A stretch of DNA of 63,394 nt, filler included, from Craspedostauros australis (Eukaryota), in NCBI GenBank assembly GCA_030167865.1. It is 8 parts of 8 records of this genome, joined end to end, with 100 filler letters (N's around TTAATTAATTAA, not from the genome) between each part and the next. Parts side by side here need not be neighbours in the genome. Positions count along the whole stretch, not along the records: positions 1 to 28,731 come from JALAGF010006435.1; 7 more parts are not named here. One strand, written 5' to 3'. The notes beneath the pieces were generated by a model. That model was given only the letters and a program-made list of their open reading frames with translations. It made no database searches and was not told where the DNA came from. Positions 8,801 to 19,300 of this stretch are shown here, in pieces. Made by a program: the position numbers and the translations under genes. Within the stretch, counting starts at the first letter, position 1, and each line of letters starts with the position of its first letter.

Positions 8801-11383
8801 ATGAAATCGACAATATGGAAAGCACTCGAATATCCATTGACCAGTGCAACGTTTTCACGGGCAGCCACCGAACGCATCATGCGGCCAGTCCTTCAAGCAG
8901 CCCTGCCGGCAGCAGGGATACAACGCAACGTGTCCCGCAAGCTGGTATTCGGGCCAAGTGAAGGTCTGGGGTTTGGCGTGGAGCATCTGTATTATGTGCA
9001 AGTCACCAAACATCTTGAAGCCGTGGCGCGTCATTGGCAGAGGTCGACGTTGACAGGGAAGCTCATGCACACGCTGGTGGAGTTGCTGACAATCCAAGTT
9101 GGAGTTCCAGATGTGTTCCAAAGGGACCCAGCAAAGTGGGGACATCTGGCTGAAGACTCGTGGATGAAATCGTTGTGGACGGAGGCAAGCGGGGTGGGCA
9201 TCAAAGTGCAGTGGGAGAGCAGGATACTGCATGCCCCCAGACAACATGACGCGCCAATCATGGTGCGCGTCAGAGCCCTGGCACTCGGTTCGCAGCAAGA
9301 AAAGATCATCAACCTGTGTCGGATCGCCAAGAAAGTGTTCTGGATGTCAGATATAGTATCCGCGAGCGGCGATCACCTCCTACCATCGGCTGATCAGCCT
9401 GGCGACGTTCCATTGAGGGCCACGTGTCTCAACTGGCCCCCAGTGGGGACGTTGAGTGCAGCAAGCTGGAAAGCATGGAAGCAGGCCATCCGGAGGGTCT
9501 TCCCCGTGTCACGAACCGGCAACGTTCAGCTGGAGCAGCACCTTGGTCCATGGCGGGGGTTCACATCGCAGCAACCGCTGGTATTTTGGGATCCGAAGAG
9601 CGATCGACTGTGGGACAAGTCACAACCCTCTAAGGTGTTCGCTCGAGTACCTCGGCGCAGTCGGAGCAGGATATATGCAGAGATCGAAGGAGAAGTCTGT
9701 CAGTCAACAATGCTCGTGGATGGCTACCGAAGCTCGGGAAGGCTGGTAGTGACGGGCTCCGGCGACGGTATCGTCACAGCGCCCGAGTGTCCAGCCTCGG
9801 TGGAGGGAGCCATTCACGCAATGTCGCACACAAGGTCCTGGTCCGTCCAGCAGTATGAAATCGCGGGGTCCTGGAACACGGTGGCCCGGTCCATACGGCA
9901 GGGAACAGCGGTGGCGTGCAGCGATGGCTCGGCAGCCAACGGCACGGGAGCTTCAGGGGCAGTCATACTTGCGGATCACGGAGGCGAAACAGCCCAGTTG
10001 ATTATCGCGAATCTTGCCCCGGCCACCAGTGGGCTAATGCAATCGCACCGAGCGGAGCTCTCAGGGCTCTACGGAGTGTTGACGATGCTGGCAGCGATCT
10101 GCGCGGTCCATGATATCACTGAAGGAGGTGTTGAGATTGGTTGCGACAACGTTGGCGCTTTGAAGGCCTTGGACATGGAGTGGCGGTTATCGCCGTCTTC
10201 CACGGACGCCGATCTAATGCGGGCGGTCCGCAACAGCTGCAGCGAGCTACCTATCACGATTCTCGGACGCCATGTAAAAGGACATCAAGACAACCAGACA
10301 GAATGGAACAGATTGGATAGATGGGCCCAGTTGAACGTGGTGGCCGACAAGGTGGCAGGCGCGATGCGAACCTCTTCGCTCAACACGGCGAGTCACAGGG
10401 GTCACATATATGGGGAGCGAGTATCGTTCGTGGCGACGTCCAAGCTGGCGAACGTGACATACAAGGCGGTGGCTGGAGAGCGCACACAGCAGGAGGCAAT
10501 CGGCGTCCTGGCCTCTCGACGGGCGGTCGACGACGCGACGCAGGTGGCATGGCCAACCATAGGTCGCGTGCTCCAACAGATCGGCCAGCCAAAGAGAGTG
10601 CTAGTCACCAAGTTGATTACCGGTGAGGCTCCTCTGGGCAAGCGCATGAAGCGCTGGGGAATGCGATTGTCAGGTCAATGTCCCGGATGCCCCGCAAGTG
10701 AAGACACCAAGCATTTCTGGGAGTGTCCCAGCGACGGCAGGCGTGGCGTGGCTCATCGTTTGCTGAAGGACATCCGCAAATGGCTGCAACGGTACCCGAC
10801 CCACCCAGCAGTGGCGACAAGCATTTCAGTTATCCTCCGCAGTCAGTACGACAACTCCGCCTATCTACAAATAGCCAGCCCGGGCAGCAAGCTCCATGAG
10901 GCCATACAGCATCAGCTCGCAGTGGGACATCAGGCGCTCCGGAAGGGGCTGCTGGTCACACACTGGGAGAGCATGCAGGAGGAATTCTTAAGGCAGCAGC
11001 AGTCACGACGGTCGGCGGCGAAGTGGGCAAGGCAACTGGTGCGGCGTATATGGCACATCGCGTGGGAGCAATGGGCGGTGCGCAACGATGAACTTTTTCA
11101 CAGTCAAGACTCGGCCGAGGCCGAAATGATCCAAGCTCTGGAAAATCGAGCGGCATCACTTCGGCTTCGCCTCGAGGCAGATCCGGCAACCAACCGACGC
11201 ATTTTGATGTCCCAGCCGAAGGAAGGAGCTACCACAGCACAGGTCGCGGTATGGGTGGAGCAAGCCGCCATGATACTGCGTGAACCGGCCGCCTCTGGCG
11301 CCCTGCTCACGTGGCTGCGTTATCGACGGCAAGCTCATCCAAACCCCGGCTATGGACCCGGAGGCTCTACGGAGAGTGGGTAG
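5855..11383 (+). CDS. LINE ORF2: AP endonuclease + reverse transcriptase + RNase H + CCHC knuckle (>=1842 aa; true start probably upstream)
   Basis: APE motifs IAALNV, LLSEIG, GGDVN, IDGLW, DHR. RT motifs QYGSR, NDAKSCYDR, QGLLQG, FVDD (8381-8392). RNase H motifs ACSDGS, RAEL, GCDN, HVKGHQD, NVVADKVA. Knuckle CPGC..EDTKHFWEC (~10679-10726). Confidence 0.95.
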   Translation: MFTKGGTMIRIAALNVGCLQAESKHWKNDDLWQWVKQQKIDVALLSEIGVNWSKIGRMNSWKSRTKKHVYTERHSLSYNEREQMGSLRQWGGTACTMIGNIAGRYKSRANDPRKLGRWASMAIRGKCDTTIRFVSVYIPNKGGLSAGTVHNQQASWLESQDIHTPPISQLIQDLETSIQQWKEAGETVIVGGDVNMPVNRSQMANMMARQHMKEAILSRHPTGPGISTNVRANTDRVIDGLWVPASLQVVRSGYSEFGPWDHRTAWIEVTQDSVFGTTSRPTRKFEGRRVRLNRPITVQRYQAEVRKQYRRVNMQRRVESLQVEVASSQALTPGQAERMESIDRDRTHIMLAAEKKARTIHMGKVPFSPEVKKRAMEKQFWNLAWKRRGGKKVSSRWYERAKKQAGISTRTATLSKEDLNSKRKRAHEKWKKAKKDAQKHRATFLQQRADEEAKAGNTSAESALVSIQKREEIVETFRAIRQVVGDYDPNSKVTMVIANNENGEEEVYDKEQAVITQCMKANESKYRQAYVTPLQHPSFARDVRRMGIPSAQHKHCRKLGQHDSRLLEELGKPGAVPWKAEDLHITTSSHQQLWSKAREKTTSGPSGLHFGLWKANAKCDDLATVDAAMREVSLRTGYNLRRWLRCTDVTLLKEPGNFRVSRFRTISLVEGDFNANLKWIGKVMMKHAETHQMLPEEQYGSRKQRSAAEVSLNNRMTDDIIRITAATSCICSNDAKSCYDRMAHTPLELSMRRLGVPKVVGESVTSAVQTMQHHVLTGFGRSTRTYPHRGPKLQGLLQGLGISPAGWVAMSSPIMTAMTESGFGFKSVSPTKKVSTKLVCFSFVDDTDLIHSVQSDVSDPEGCVTEIQQVVDAWEGMLRATGGALEPRKSYWYLMSFKWEGTGWRYKTIEEHPGDINIRQPDSQERSTLLRLRVDQARKALGVMVRHDGVQQDNEKYYMSKAELWADKMRRGRMLRTHAWIAMKSTIWKALEYPLTSATFSRAATERIMRPVLQAALPAAGIQRNVSRKLVFGPSEGLGFGVEHLYYVQVTKHLEAVARHWQRSTLTGKLMHTLVELLTIQVGVPDVFQRDPAKWGHLAEDSWMKSLWTEASGVGIKVQWESRILHAPRQHDAPIMVRVRALALGSQQEKIINLCRIAKKVFWMSDIVSASGDHLLPSADQPGDVPLRATCLNWPPVGTLSAASWKAWKQAIRRVFPVSRTGNVQLEQHLGPWRGFTSQQPLVFWDPKSDRLWDKSQPSKVFARVPRRSRSRIYAEIEGEVCQSTMLVDGYRSSGRLVVTGSGDGIVTAPECPASVEGAIHAMSHTRSWSVQQYEIAGSWNTVARSIRQGTAVACSDGSAANGTGASGAVILADHGGETAQLIIANLAPATSGLMQSHRAELSGLYGVLTMLAAICAVHDITEGGVEIGCDNVGALKALDMEWRLSPSSTDADLMRAVRNSCSELPITILGRHVKGHQDNQTEWNRLDRWAQLNVVADKVAGAMRTSSLNTASHRGHIYGERVSFVATSKLANVTYKAVAGERTQQEAIGVLASRRAVDDATQVAWPTIGRVLQQIGQPKRVLVTKLITGEAPLGKRMKRWGMRLSGQCPGCPASEDTKHFWECPSDGRRGVAHRLLKDIRKWLQRYPTHPAVATSISVILRSQYDNSAYLQIASPGSKLHEAIQHQLAVGHQALRKGLLVTHWESMQEEFLRQQQSRRSAAKWARQLVRRIWHIAWEQWAVRNDELFHSQDSAEAEMIQALENRAASLRLRLEADPATNRRILMSQPKEGATTAQVAVWVEQAAMILREPAASGALLTWLRYRRQAHPNPGYGPGGSTESG

Positions 11384-11410
11384 TGGCGACTATATTTTGC
11401 ATGAAACAAT

Positions 11411-11521
11411 ACACAGATTCCGTGCTCCCTTCGCGCCCTGCGCGAAGTTGAAAGGAGGCGGAGAAAAGCGCCACCGGCGCAGCCTCATAAGAGGGTTTAA
11501 TCCTTGTGTTATTTATTTATT
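11411..11521 (+). other. Conserved structured 3'-terminal RNA element and (ATTT)n tail of the LINE
   Basis: Hairpins at 11429-11447, 11468-11480 and 11483-11494 enclosed by ACACA/GATT...AATC/TGTGT. Homologous structures at 42101-42200, 52494-52610 and 56134-56212 (minus strand). Confidence 0.75.
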
Positions 11522-12013
11522 TACAAGGCATTGAAAATCCACCAGAGGCATGGTGTTGCTTCTTGGCAGCCCCGCTGTTTTGTGGAAAACCTGCGTCCAA
11601 CCCACCATTTCTCTCAATACCTCTAAAGCCAAGTTCATTGCCACTGGCAACAATGGCAAGATGGTGCTCTGGTTTCAGTCCATCCTGGACGAGATCAGCA
11701 TGCGCCAACAGCATGTCATACTTATCTACAAGGACCACAGAGGCGCCAGAATGATGGCAAACGCCAACCAACCGCCAAGGAACTCTAGGCATATCGATAT
11801 ACACACATTTGCGGTCTGCGATTGGGTGGGCAGATATCTCATCCTCATTGCTGATGTGTCATCCAACCCCAATGTTTCTGATCTGTGCAACAAGAAGATG
11901 CTTGTGATTATGTTCTTTGACATACGGATCTACTCATGGGATCCATTCCATCATTCTACGTTCGCCAGTGAATGCCGCCAGTGGAGTGCGGTGATCCCAG
12001 TCTTCTCTGTATG
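11522..12013 (+). mobile_element. Decayed Ty1/copia pol relic, right part (RNase H)
   Basis: Removing the LINE restores YVDADWGANTRH*KSTRGMVLLLGSPAVLWK...WFQSILDEI...SRHIDIH...NVSDL, the Ty1/copia RNase H motif series. Confidence 0.88.
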
Positions 12014-12044
12014 ACACGATGGATTGTTTCCGCTAGCTAACACA

Positions 12045-12110
12045 AGCGTGTGGGGTGTTGCATCTGTACACATGTACGATGACAGACGTCATCGACAGCA
12101 GCAACAGCTG
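12045..12110 (+). other. Possible polypurine tract and start (TGTTG at 12056) of the copia 3' LTR
   Basis: G-rich GCGTGTGGGG immediately followed by TGTTGC, ~40 bp after the pol end. The LTR end could not be identified. Confidence 0.35.
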
Positions 12111-14765
12111 ACACAACAAACATCATCACAACCCTGTAGCCACGAATCCATCATCAGCACGAAATCATACACACCACACACGCGATACTGACAAATTCAG
12201 ACAGCAATTGGACAACACCATGCATTTTGTCAGTAGAAACCAAAAAAATATGAAAATAGCACGATAATTACACGATTCGGGAAATGGATGAGTGCTGCAA
12301 TCAGTCAGAAATCGCGTTTTCAAAGCGCAACCACAACGACAACACAAAAAATGTGCTTCGAAACGTAAAAAACGGAAAAGGAAAATTCACAACACGACCA
12401 ACGTGACGTGTCGGACAAACCCTTCGGAAGCCCGAAGGCGTCATTAGTTAACAACAACAATGGCATTGCATGAACCGACCATCATGATTGGCTGGTTGGT
12501 TCGTGGCGTTATGTCAAAGTTCTTATTTGGTGGGAACGCAATGATGTCTGCGACAGGTCACGAAGATACCGATGTCCACAACACGAGGGGAGTTCTCATG
12601 TTTCCTTTCAAACAAATATCGATTACGTGCTTGTGAACACAAATAAAATGTCAAATAGAAAATCGATGTTTCGTGATTTTGTCATTGCGTCGTTCTTTGC
12701 ATGTTGCACAGTGCTCTATTTCGTCTGTGGAACTGGAGGACGGTTTGGACTTACCGAACAGAGAGTGACGTCACACCAAGAATTAACCTTCCAACCATTC
12801 GGACATGTTAAAGCACACGAACCAACTCTTGCACAGTGTTTCAATGATGGAAATGTGGAGGCACGGCGCCGGACAAGCAGTCTAAATGTGGAGATGCTGT
12901 CCTCTGTTTTTATGGTACGGTTTAAATGGTACCTACATACATTGGTACATCAACTATTGATGGTACTCCGATGGGTACCGAAGGCCAACAAGGATGCGTC
13001 AGACCAGGGTGGGAGGCGACTGGGAAATTGGTCTCCCGCAGCTCCCAAAGTCGGCCACCACGACACGGTGTCGAACCGATGATAAAATAGATAAGTGGAA
13101 ATCATTTCGGAACAGAGGAATATAATATGATAGGCTAGCCCGAGTTTTGCGTGGTACAAGCCGACTCGAGATACCAGAATCTCCGAAAGAATAGTATCGT
13201 TTCACCATGGAGTGTGCCACTCCTATTATTATACTCTCTACCATGTGAAAATGCATCCGTCAATACGAGTAATCGCCCACCATGACCTCTCTTGTGATGT
13301 TGAGTCATCCAAGAGAGAGCGAGAGAGAGAGAGGGGATCACTCATGCGTACGTCGAAGAGCTCGAGAGTCTGAATCGCCTGCGACTACGCCGTACCAGGA
13401 CTGTTAGTGATGTGAGTGTTCATCAACTTCTTTGCCATCTATTGTGTACTTCATTCATTGGCTTGTATTGAATTATATCTGCCATTGTCTGCTCCTCATG
13501 TCCGCATCGGCATGATATGGAATTGCACGTCCCAGTGTCTTCCTCAACTTCATCCTGCATCGCATGTGCAACGACCGCTGGCTCCAAAGGAAGCAATCTC
13601 TTCAGTGTTGCGAATGATCTTAGAGCCACACAATGTTGCACTTGCTTCGTGATGAATCGTTGGCGAGCACCGGCCAAAGTCATCATTGGCAGGAATCGTA
13701 TGATCAGCACAGTACGGGTGCAGACAGGACAAGACAGAACAGGAATAGCCGTATTCAGCGATAATAATCGTTTGTAGGACAGCCAGGTTTACCATGCTTA
13801 ATGCTGATGTCGAAGCTCAACTCATCTCTTTTCTTCTACATATACTATTGTATTCCAGAGAATTTCTCTCTATACAGAGAAGTTAGATTGAGGTCGGCAG
13901 TTGAGGACACGTTTTGGGGGGACGTCACCCCCTTTCAGCCGGAACGAATGAAAGTGTTCAGTTGGGACAGACTAGCTCCGGGACTGACTCGGGACCTGAC
14001 TGTCCATTCCGCGTACGCAGTATTCGGTACCCAAGACCGATACTGTGATGAAAGGCTACCACACACACGATGTGTAGTTGAACTGCAATCCATGCGTTGC
14101 TCGCCCTCCAGCTCATGCACCCCTGCCACCTGTCCATCTCGTCACTCTGTTGAACATGCATCTATCTTGAAGCATATCCATGTGAATGGATCAGCTGCTG
14201 CTCTATGCGTGACGATACTGGAAGACTGTATGTGTGCAGGATCACCACGGCATGCTGCTGCGCAACAAAGAACGGCTACAGTACGACAGCACGAACCCCA
14301 CCTTTTTACTCGATCGTCCTATCAATAGTAAGCTTAACACATAAATCAAGCAATCAGAAACAATCTTCACAGCTTACTTCCGAGTCCACTACAGTTACAT
14401 CATCGTCTGATACAGCTTTGTCCTCAACATCAAACGGCGTCAAAACCGGTTGAAGGACAGACTATCCTCCTGACAACGTGCGAAAGACACGGAGTACCAA
14501 CTCGTTCGTTTCCACGAATCATGCCGAAAAAGGCGAAGATCTTTGCGTTTCCTTGTTCACCATGAAGAACCATCGCGAACAAAATCCAGGAACAACACAA
14601 CAACACAAGCACAAACACACAATCGAGGAAGGCGAAACCCAACGGCGGCTCGCGATACCCAAGAGAGAACGACAGAGAGAGAGACTTCATTCTTCAACGA
14701 GGCCTCCGCTTTCCATCACTCCCACTCCCAACATTTTCACCAACACCAACACCAACATCGTGACC

Positions 14766-15893
14766 ATGCCACCGCCCAAGAACCCCGGATACGAATCGCC
14801 CAAGGGCACCGTCGCCCTCGTCACCGGCTCGTCCGGATTCGTGGGGTCGCGGTTGGTGGAGATGCTGCTGGAGCGCGGAAGCAGCACGGTCATCGCCTTC
14901 GACATCGCCGCGCCAACGTCGACGCTGCAGCAACGCTTCGCCGATGTGCAGGCCAAGACCGGTGGCAAGATCATCGTGCTGAGCCAGTCGGAGGGCGATC
15001 TGACCAACGCCGCCGCGGTCGAGGCCGCCTTCAAGAAGGTGCCCAAGATCGACATCGTCTACCACATCGGAGCCTTGGTGGGTCCGTTCCATGACAAGGA
15101 GCTCTACTACAAGGTCAACGTTGGCGGCACGCAGACCATCATCGCCAACTGCCGCAAGTTCAAGGTGCCCAAGCTCGTCAACTCCTCCAGCCCGTCCACG
15201 AGGTTCCGCGGCGGCGACGTCGAAGGCCTGCGCGAGGATCAGATGCCCATTCCGGAAACATTCGTGGCGCTCTACGCCGAAACCAAGGCCAAGGCCGAGC
15301 AGCTCGTCCACAAGGCATGCTGCGACGAGATGCTCACCAACAGCGTCGCGCCGCATCAGGTTTACGGACCCCACGATTCCCTCTTCCTGCCCAAGCTGCT
15401 GGAGACCGCCGGGACGGGCCGTCTCCGCATCTTCGCAGAAGGCAAGAATCGCATCAGCCTCTGCTACGTCGATAACTACTGCCACGGTCTCATGTGCGGC
15501 GCCGATGCTCTCTACAAGGGATCGCCGGCCCTGGCCAAGTACTACGTCGTGCACGACGGACCGCCGCAGTACTTCTGGAAGATCCTCGACCAGGCCTTCA
15601 TCGCCATGGGCTTTGTCAGTTTGGAGTCCAAATTCCATCTGCCGGGCTGGCTGCTCTACGGCGTCGCCTACTTCTGCTCGTTCTTGACCATGCTCACGGG
15701 AAAGAAGTTCAAGCTCACGCCGTTCACCGTCAAGATGATGACCATCCATCGGTACTTCAGTTTGGAGAATTCCACGAAGGATCTGCTGTACAAACCACTC
15801 AAGACCTTCGACGAAGCATGGCCGGAGACGATAGAATGGTTCAAGATCAACTGGCTCCCCAAGTGGAAGAAGCAAGGCAGCCAGGATTTGTGA
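14766..15893 (+). CDS. 3-beta-hydroxysteroid dehydrogenase/decarboxylase family extended SDR (NSDHL/ERG26-like), 375 aa
   Basis: Rossmann motif VTGSSGFVG, catalytic YAETK, PHQVYGPHD, YVDNYCHG and a C-terminal hydrophobic stretch. Strong GC3 codon bias begins at ATG 14766. Intronless. Confidence 0.88.
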   Translation: MPPPKNPGYESPKGTVALVTGSSGFVGSRLVEMLLERGSSTVIAFDIAAPTSTLQQRFADVQAKTGGKIIVLSQSEGDLTNAAAVEAAFKKVPKIDIVYHIGALVGPFHDKELYYKVNVGGTQTIIANCRKFKVPKLVNSSSPSTRFRGGDVEGLREDQMPIPETFVALYAETKAKAEQLVHKACCDEMLTNSVAPHQVYGPHDSLFLPKLLETAGTGRLRIFAEGKNRISLCYVDNYCHGLMCGADALYKGSPALAKYYVVHDGPPQYFWKILDQAFIAMGFVSLESKFHLPGWLLYGVAYFCSFLTMLTGKKFKLTPFTVKMMTIHRYFSLENSTKDLLYKPLKTFDEAWPETIEWFKINWLPKWKKQGSQDL

Positions 15894-16302
15894 ACGGTTG
15901 CCACGAATACGTGATGCATTCAGTGAAAACGTCATCTACCTGTGCGAGTCCGAAATGAAACCTCTGCCTGCGATTGCTCTTTATCCGTGCCTCCTCGCAC
16001 CATGCGTACCTATGGTGCCATCTTTAACACAAACTGGAGCCGTGTTCTCAGGAGATTGGATGATCGACTCAACTTCAGTGCAAGTGCTGTGACGTTGTCA
16101 TGCTTCGACGTTCATTCCTACTCGCATGGCCAAGCTGCATCTTGCATCACAGTAGGATGTTGATAATTTATGTAAGCGTAGATGCTAGACTATGCAATTG
16201 TGTCTGGTGCTGCACGAGCGCACCTCTGCTGTCCTGAGTGTTGCCATTCTCGTCGTCTGAGGCTTCGAACTTCGTCACTAACGCCACCATTCGAAGCCCA
16301 AT

Positions 16303-19300
16303 TCAAACGTTGAAGAGATCGTTGGCCGTGAACAGTGTGCTCGAATCAAAGCTGTCGCGGTTGGGAAGGACGGTATCGAGTGCTTCACTCGAATCCACAC
16401 CCATCCATTCCGCGATGGCATTCCATGGGCTCTCGTATGGCAACGTGGGGATCAATCGACCGCGGCCAATGTTCTACGGTCCCTCTGCTGTGAGATCATC
16501 TGGGTATCGTCCATGAATGACACCACCCTTGATGCTGCCGCCCATCATGAAGCCGTTGCTGGCCCACCCGTGGTCGGTACCCCCGCGCGAGTTGGGGGTC
16601 AACGTGCGTCCGAAGTCAGAGCCTGTCATGATCACGACATCATTCCATGCATTCTGCCGCTTCATTTCGGCCACGAACGATTGAGGGCGTCGTTCACCTC
16701 GGCAAGCTTGGTGTTGATGTTGTTGGTAGTGGTCACGGCGTGATGATCGTATCCACCATGCTCAACAAAGATGACTTCGCGCTCGACATCTCTGTCACCA
16801 CGTGACTTGATCCATTTGGCGATTGATTTAAACGCATCATTCAATCGTCCTTCCTTGAAGCCGTCGACTTGGTAGTCGTCGTAGATATCCTTCATGAACC
16901 GCGTGTCGTTGATGCCCTTCACAAGCTCGGCAGACCAGATATCGGCGAAGAGACTGCTGCCTGGTTGGCCGACGCTGTTCATGGACCTTAGCAATCCGTC
17001 CATCTCCTCTACTTCAGGCATCCGGTTGAACGTGTCCGGGTTCGTGCGGGGTAGCTGCGTCACTGGATTGCCGTCCTTGGGCGAGCCCGTCACTGCACGG
17101 GCGTTGCCACCAATCATATTCGCCGAAGTTCTGTATCCAAGGCCCTTCAACACATCGAGCATGCGCCCACCGACGCCAGACTCGCTGAGCTCCTTTTCGA
17201 TATCAAGCCGTTGCACAGCTTTCTGTTGGATGTTATGGGCAAACAGCGTTGTTCGTGTGTTAAGCTTCCAATCCTCCTTGGTTACAGGCTCATCCAGCAC
17301 GCCGATGTTGGCGAAAAACATGGCATCGTCCCTGTTGTACAGCGTCCGTCCATATGAGAAAGCCTTGTTGATACCGAAGCGGCCGCATGGTTGGTTCTCG
17401 GTAGCGATGGGCAATAGATGTGACTTTGGAAGCGCGAGCGGGCCACGGATATTGCTGTACTGTGCATACAACTTGGTGGATCCACATTGATCTCTGGGAA
17501 CCAGCATGCTGAAGGAGTCCATTCCGCCCTGGAACATGAGGTACACGACTGCCTTGTACGTATCGGTCTTCCGAGGGATAGGTGGCCCCGAAACTCGTGG
17601 TTCTCCGGCCAGTCGCACAATGTTGGTGGAATGGAATTCTGGCGAACTGAAGATGAGTTGCTGGGCAAGCCGAACCGCCTTGTTCATGTCGTTGTCAATG
17701 AATGGGATGATCGCGTCGATAATGCGTTGGCGGTTCAAGGGTTGCAAGCGGTTTGCTGTCAACAACAGCGAGAGCTCGTTCACCAAGTCCTCGGCGGAAT
17801 TTGCCGTAGAATTGAACTGCAAGTATCCCAGAGATCTGGAAGTATCGCCAATGTTGCCAGGAGGTTGGCACCGCGACAAGCCGCCTGGCTTGGCGTCGCC
17901 AAACCCGCTGTGGCATTGTGCTGGCATCATGCCTGTAAGCGCAGTGTGATACCATAGAAATAGAAGCAAGACGACGCGACAGCGTGAGTTGGTTGCAAAG
18001 CACGAAAGAGCAGGCGGCAACAACAGCAACAGAATTGCATCCTACTCCAACGCCACATGCAGTACGTGCCACAACTTACCCCATTTTGTTGTCCCGAACA
18101 ACCCATTCAACATCCCGATCACGGTCATCGTCGAAAGAACCTGAGCCTCCGGGGAATACAACGATGCCGCAGAAATCCCTCCAGATGGCGTGAAATCCGA
18201 AAGGAAAAAGGAAAACACGCTCGGGGCTTGGTATGCCCCCTCGCCGATCTTGCCATCCATGCCTGCTAGGAAGGGCCACACCATCGGGCTATCGTTCTTG
18301 TACTCCATCGCACGCAGCACGGCAACCACCTTGAGGAGTGGTTCGCGTAGCTGACCGTAAGATGGGTCCGCGTCAAGCACAAATGACAGCGACTCTGCAT
18401 CCAGTAGAATGGCCGCGATCATGGCACCGAGGTCGCCGTACTTGCCGGACCCAAAGCCTTGGTATTTCCCGGTCTTGTAGGAACTCGCAACAGTCTTTAC
18501 AAAGCGCGGTGAAGGGTTGGAGAAACCAAACCGTTGCAGCATTCGGACTGCCAAGAAAGGTGCGTGACTTGGGTGGTGGAAGTAATGATCCAAAGTGGCG
18601 TCTGTTTCGTGGTAAGCGTCCCGGGCCTCAGGGTTAGCGAAGCTCATGAAGTGGACTGGGTTGCGGAAGGAGAAGTTGCTCATTCCAACGGTGACGGTGG
18701 ATTGGACATTCTTCAGGAACAGAGCTGCGCCGTTGCCATCAACAACGCGAAAGATTGTCTCCTCATCAAAATTAGCGCAATTGCTGGATCTCGCTCTCGT
18801 AAACACTGCAACTCCTTTTAGCAACCCTCGGCAACGCCCTCGGTGTTTGTACTCGCCTGCAGGGAAGGACCGTGGATCTGGGGCTCCGACCAAGAGATTG
18901 GTGAGAACTCCGGTTGGAGAGGCACGAGGATCGTTTGCGGAGCTGAAGAAGACCTCGTTGCTTGTGCTGGTTTCGCAGATGCACGACGATCCTATCGGCG
19001 TGCATGGATCGTTTGCTCCGTCACAATTAGACGATGCCCTCGGGAACTCCCCATCCTTCCACGATACCTTGAAGAAATTCAGAGTGTCTGGTCCAAGCCC
19101 TGGAAGGATCTTCTGATTGCCTTCCATATCGGCGTCTGAGGGGAGTGATTGCAAGGCAACCGTTGTATTGATCAGATGGCAAACACAAAAGAACGCGTTT
19201 GAAATTGAATTTGAGTGTTGTTTGGCAGGAGCAGCACAAAGTGTGAGAGCAGGAGTTGCGCGCGCCCATCATCATCAATTTCGTTTCATGTTCAACACAG

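Larger units (their letters stand above)
3160..11521 (+). mobile_element. Full-length non-LTR retrotransposon (APE-RT-RNase H-CCHC, Ambal-like), copy 1
   Basis: Flanked by the perfect 15-bp direct repeat TACAAGGCATTGAAA (3145-3159 and 11522-11536). Has an A-rich 5' UTR, two long ORFs and a short 3' UTR ending CCTTGTGTT(ATTT)n. Clade name is inferred from domain order and host. Confidence 0.93.

Noticed and set aside
11384..11521. Hammerhead or HDV ribozyme in the LINE 3' UTR
   Set aside because: No CTGANGA/GAAA core on either strand and no HDV-type nested pseudoknot that I could identify. Kept only as an unclassified structure.
12850..14050. Possible solo LTRs (repeated TGGTAC motifs at 12912-12980, hairpins at 13960-14046)
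   Set aside because: No TG..CA boundaries with a matching TSD and no second copy in the window.
14694..15935. 413-aa antisense ORF over the 3-beta-HSD gene, and the 96-aa upstream extension from 14478
   Set aside because: The antisense ORF is a shadow of strong GC3 bias. The extension is low-complexity UTR-like sequence lacking that bias.
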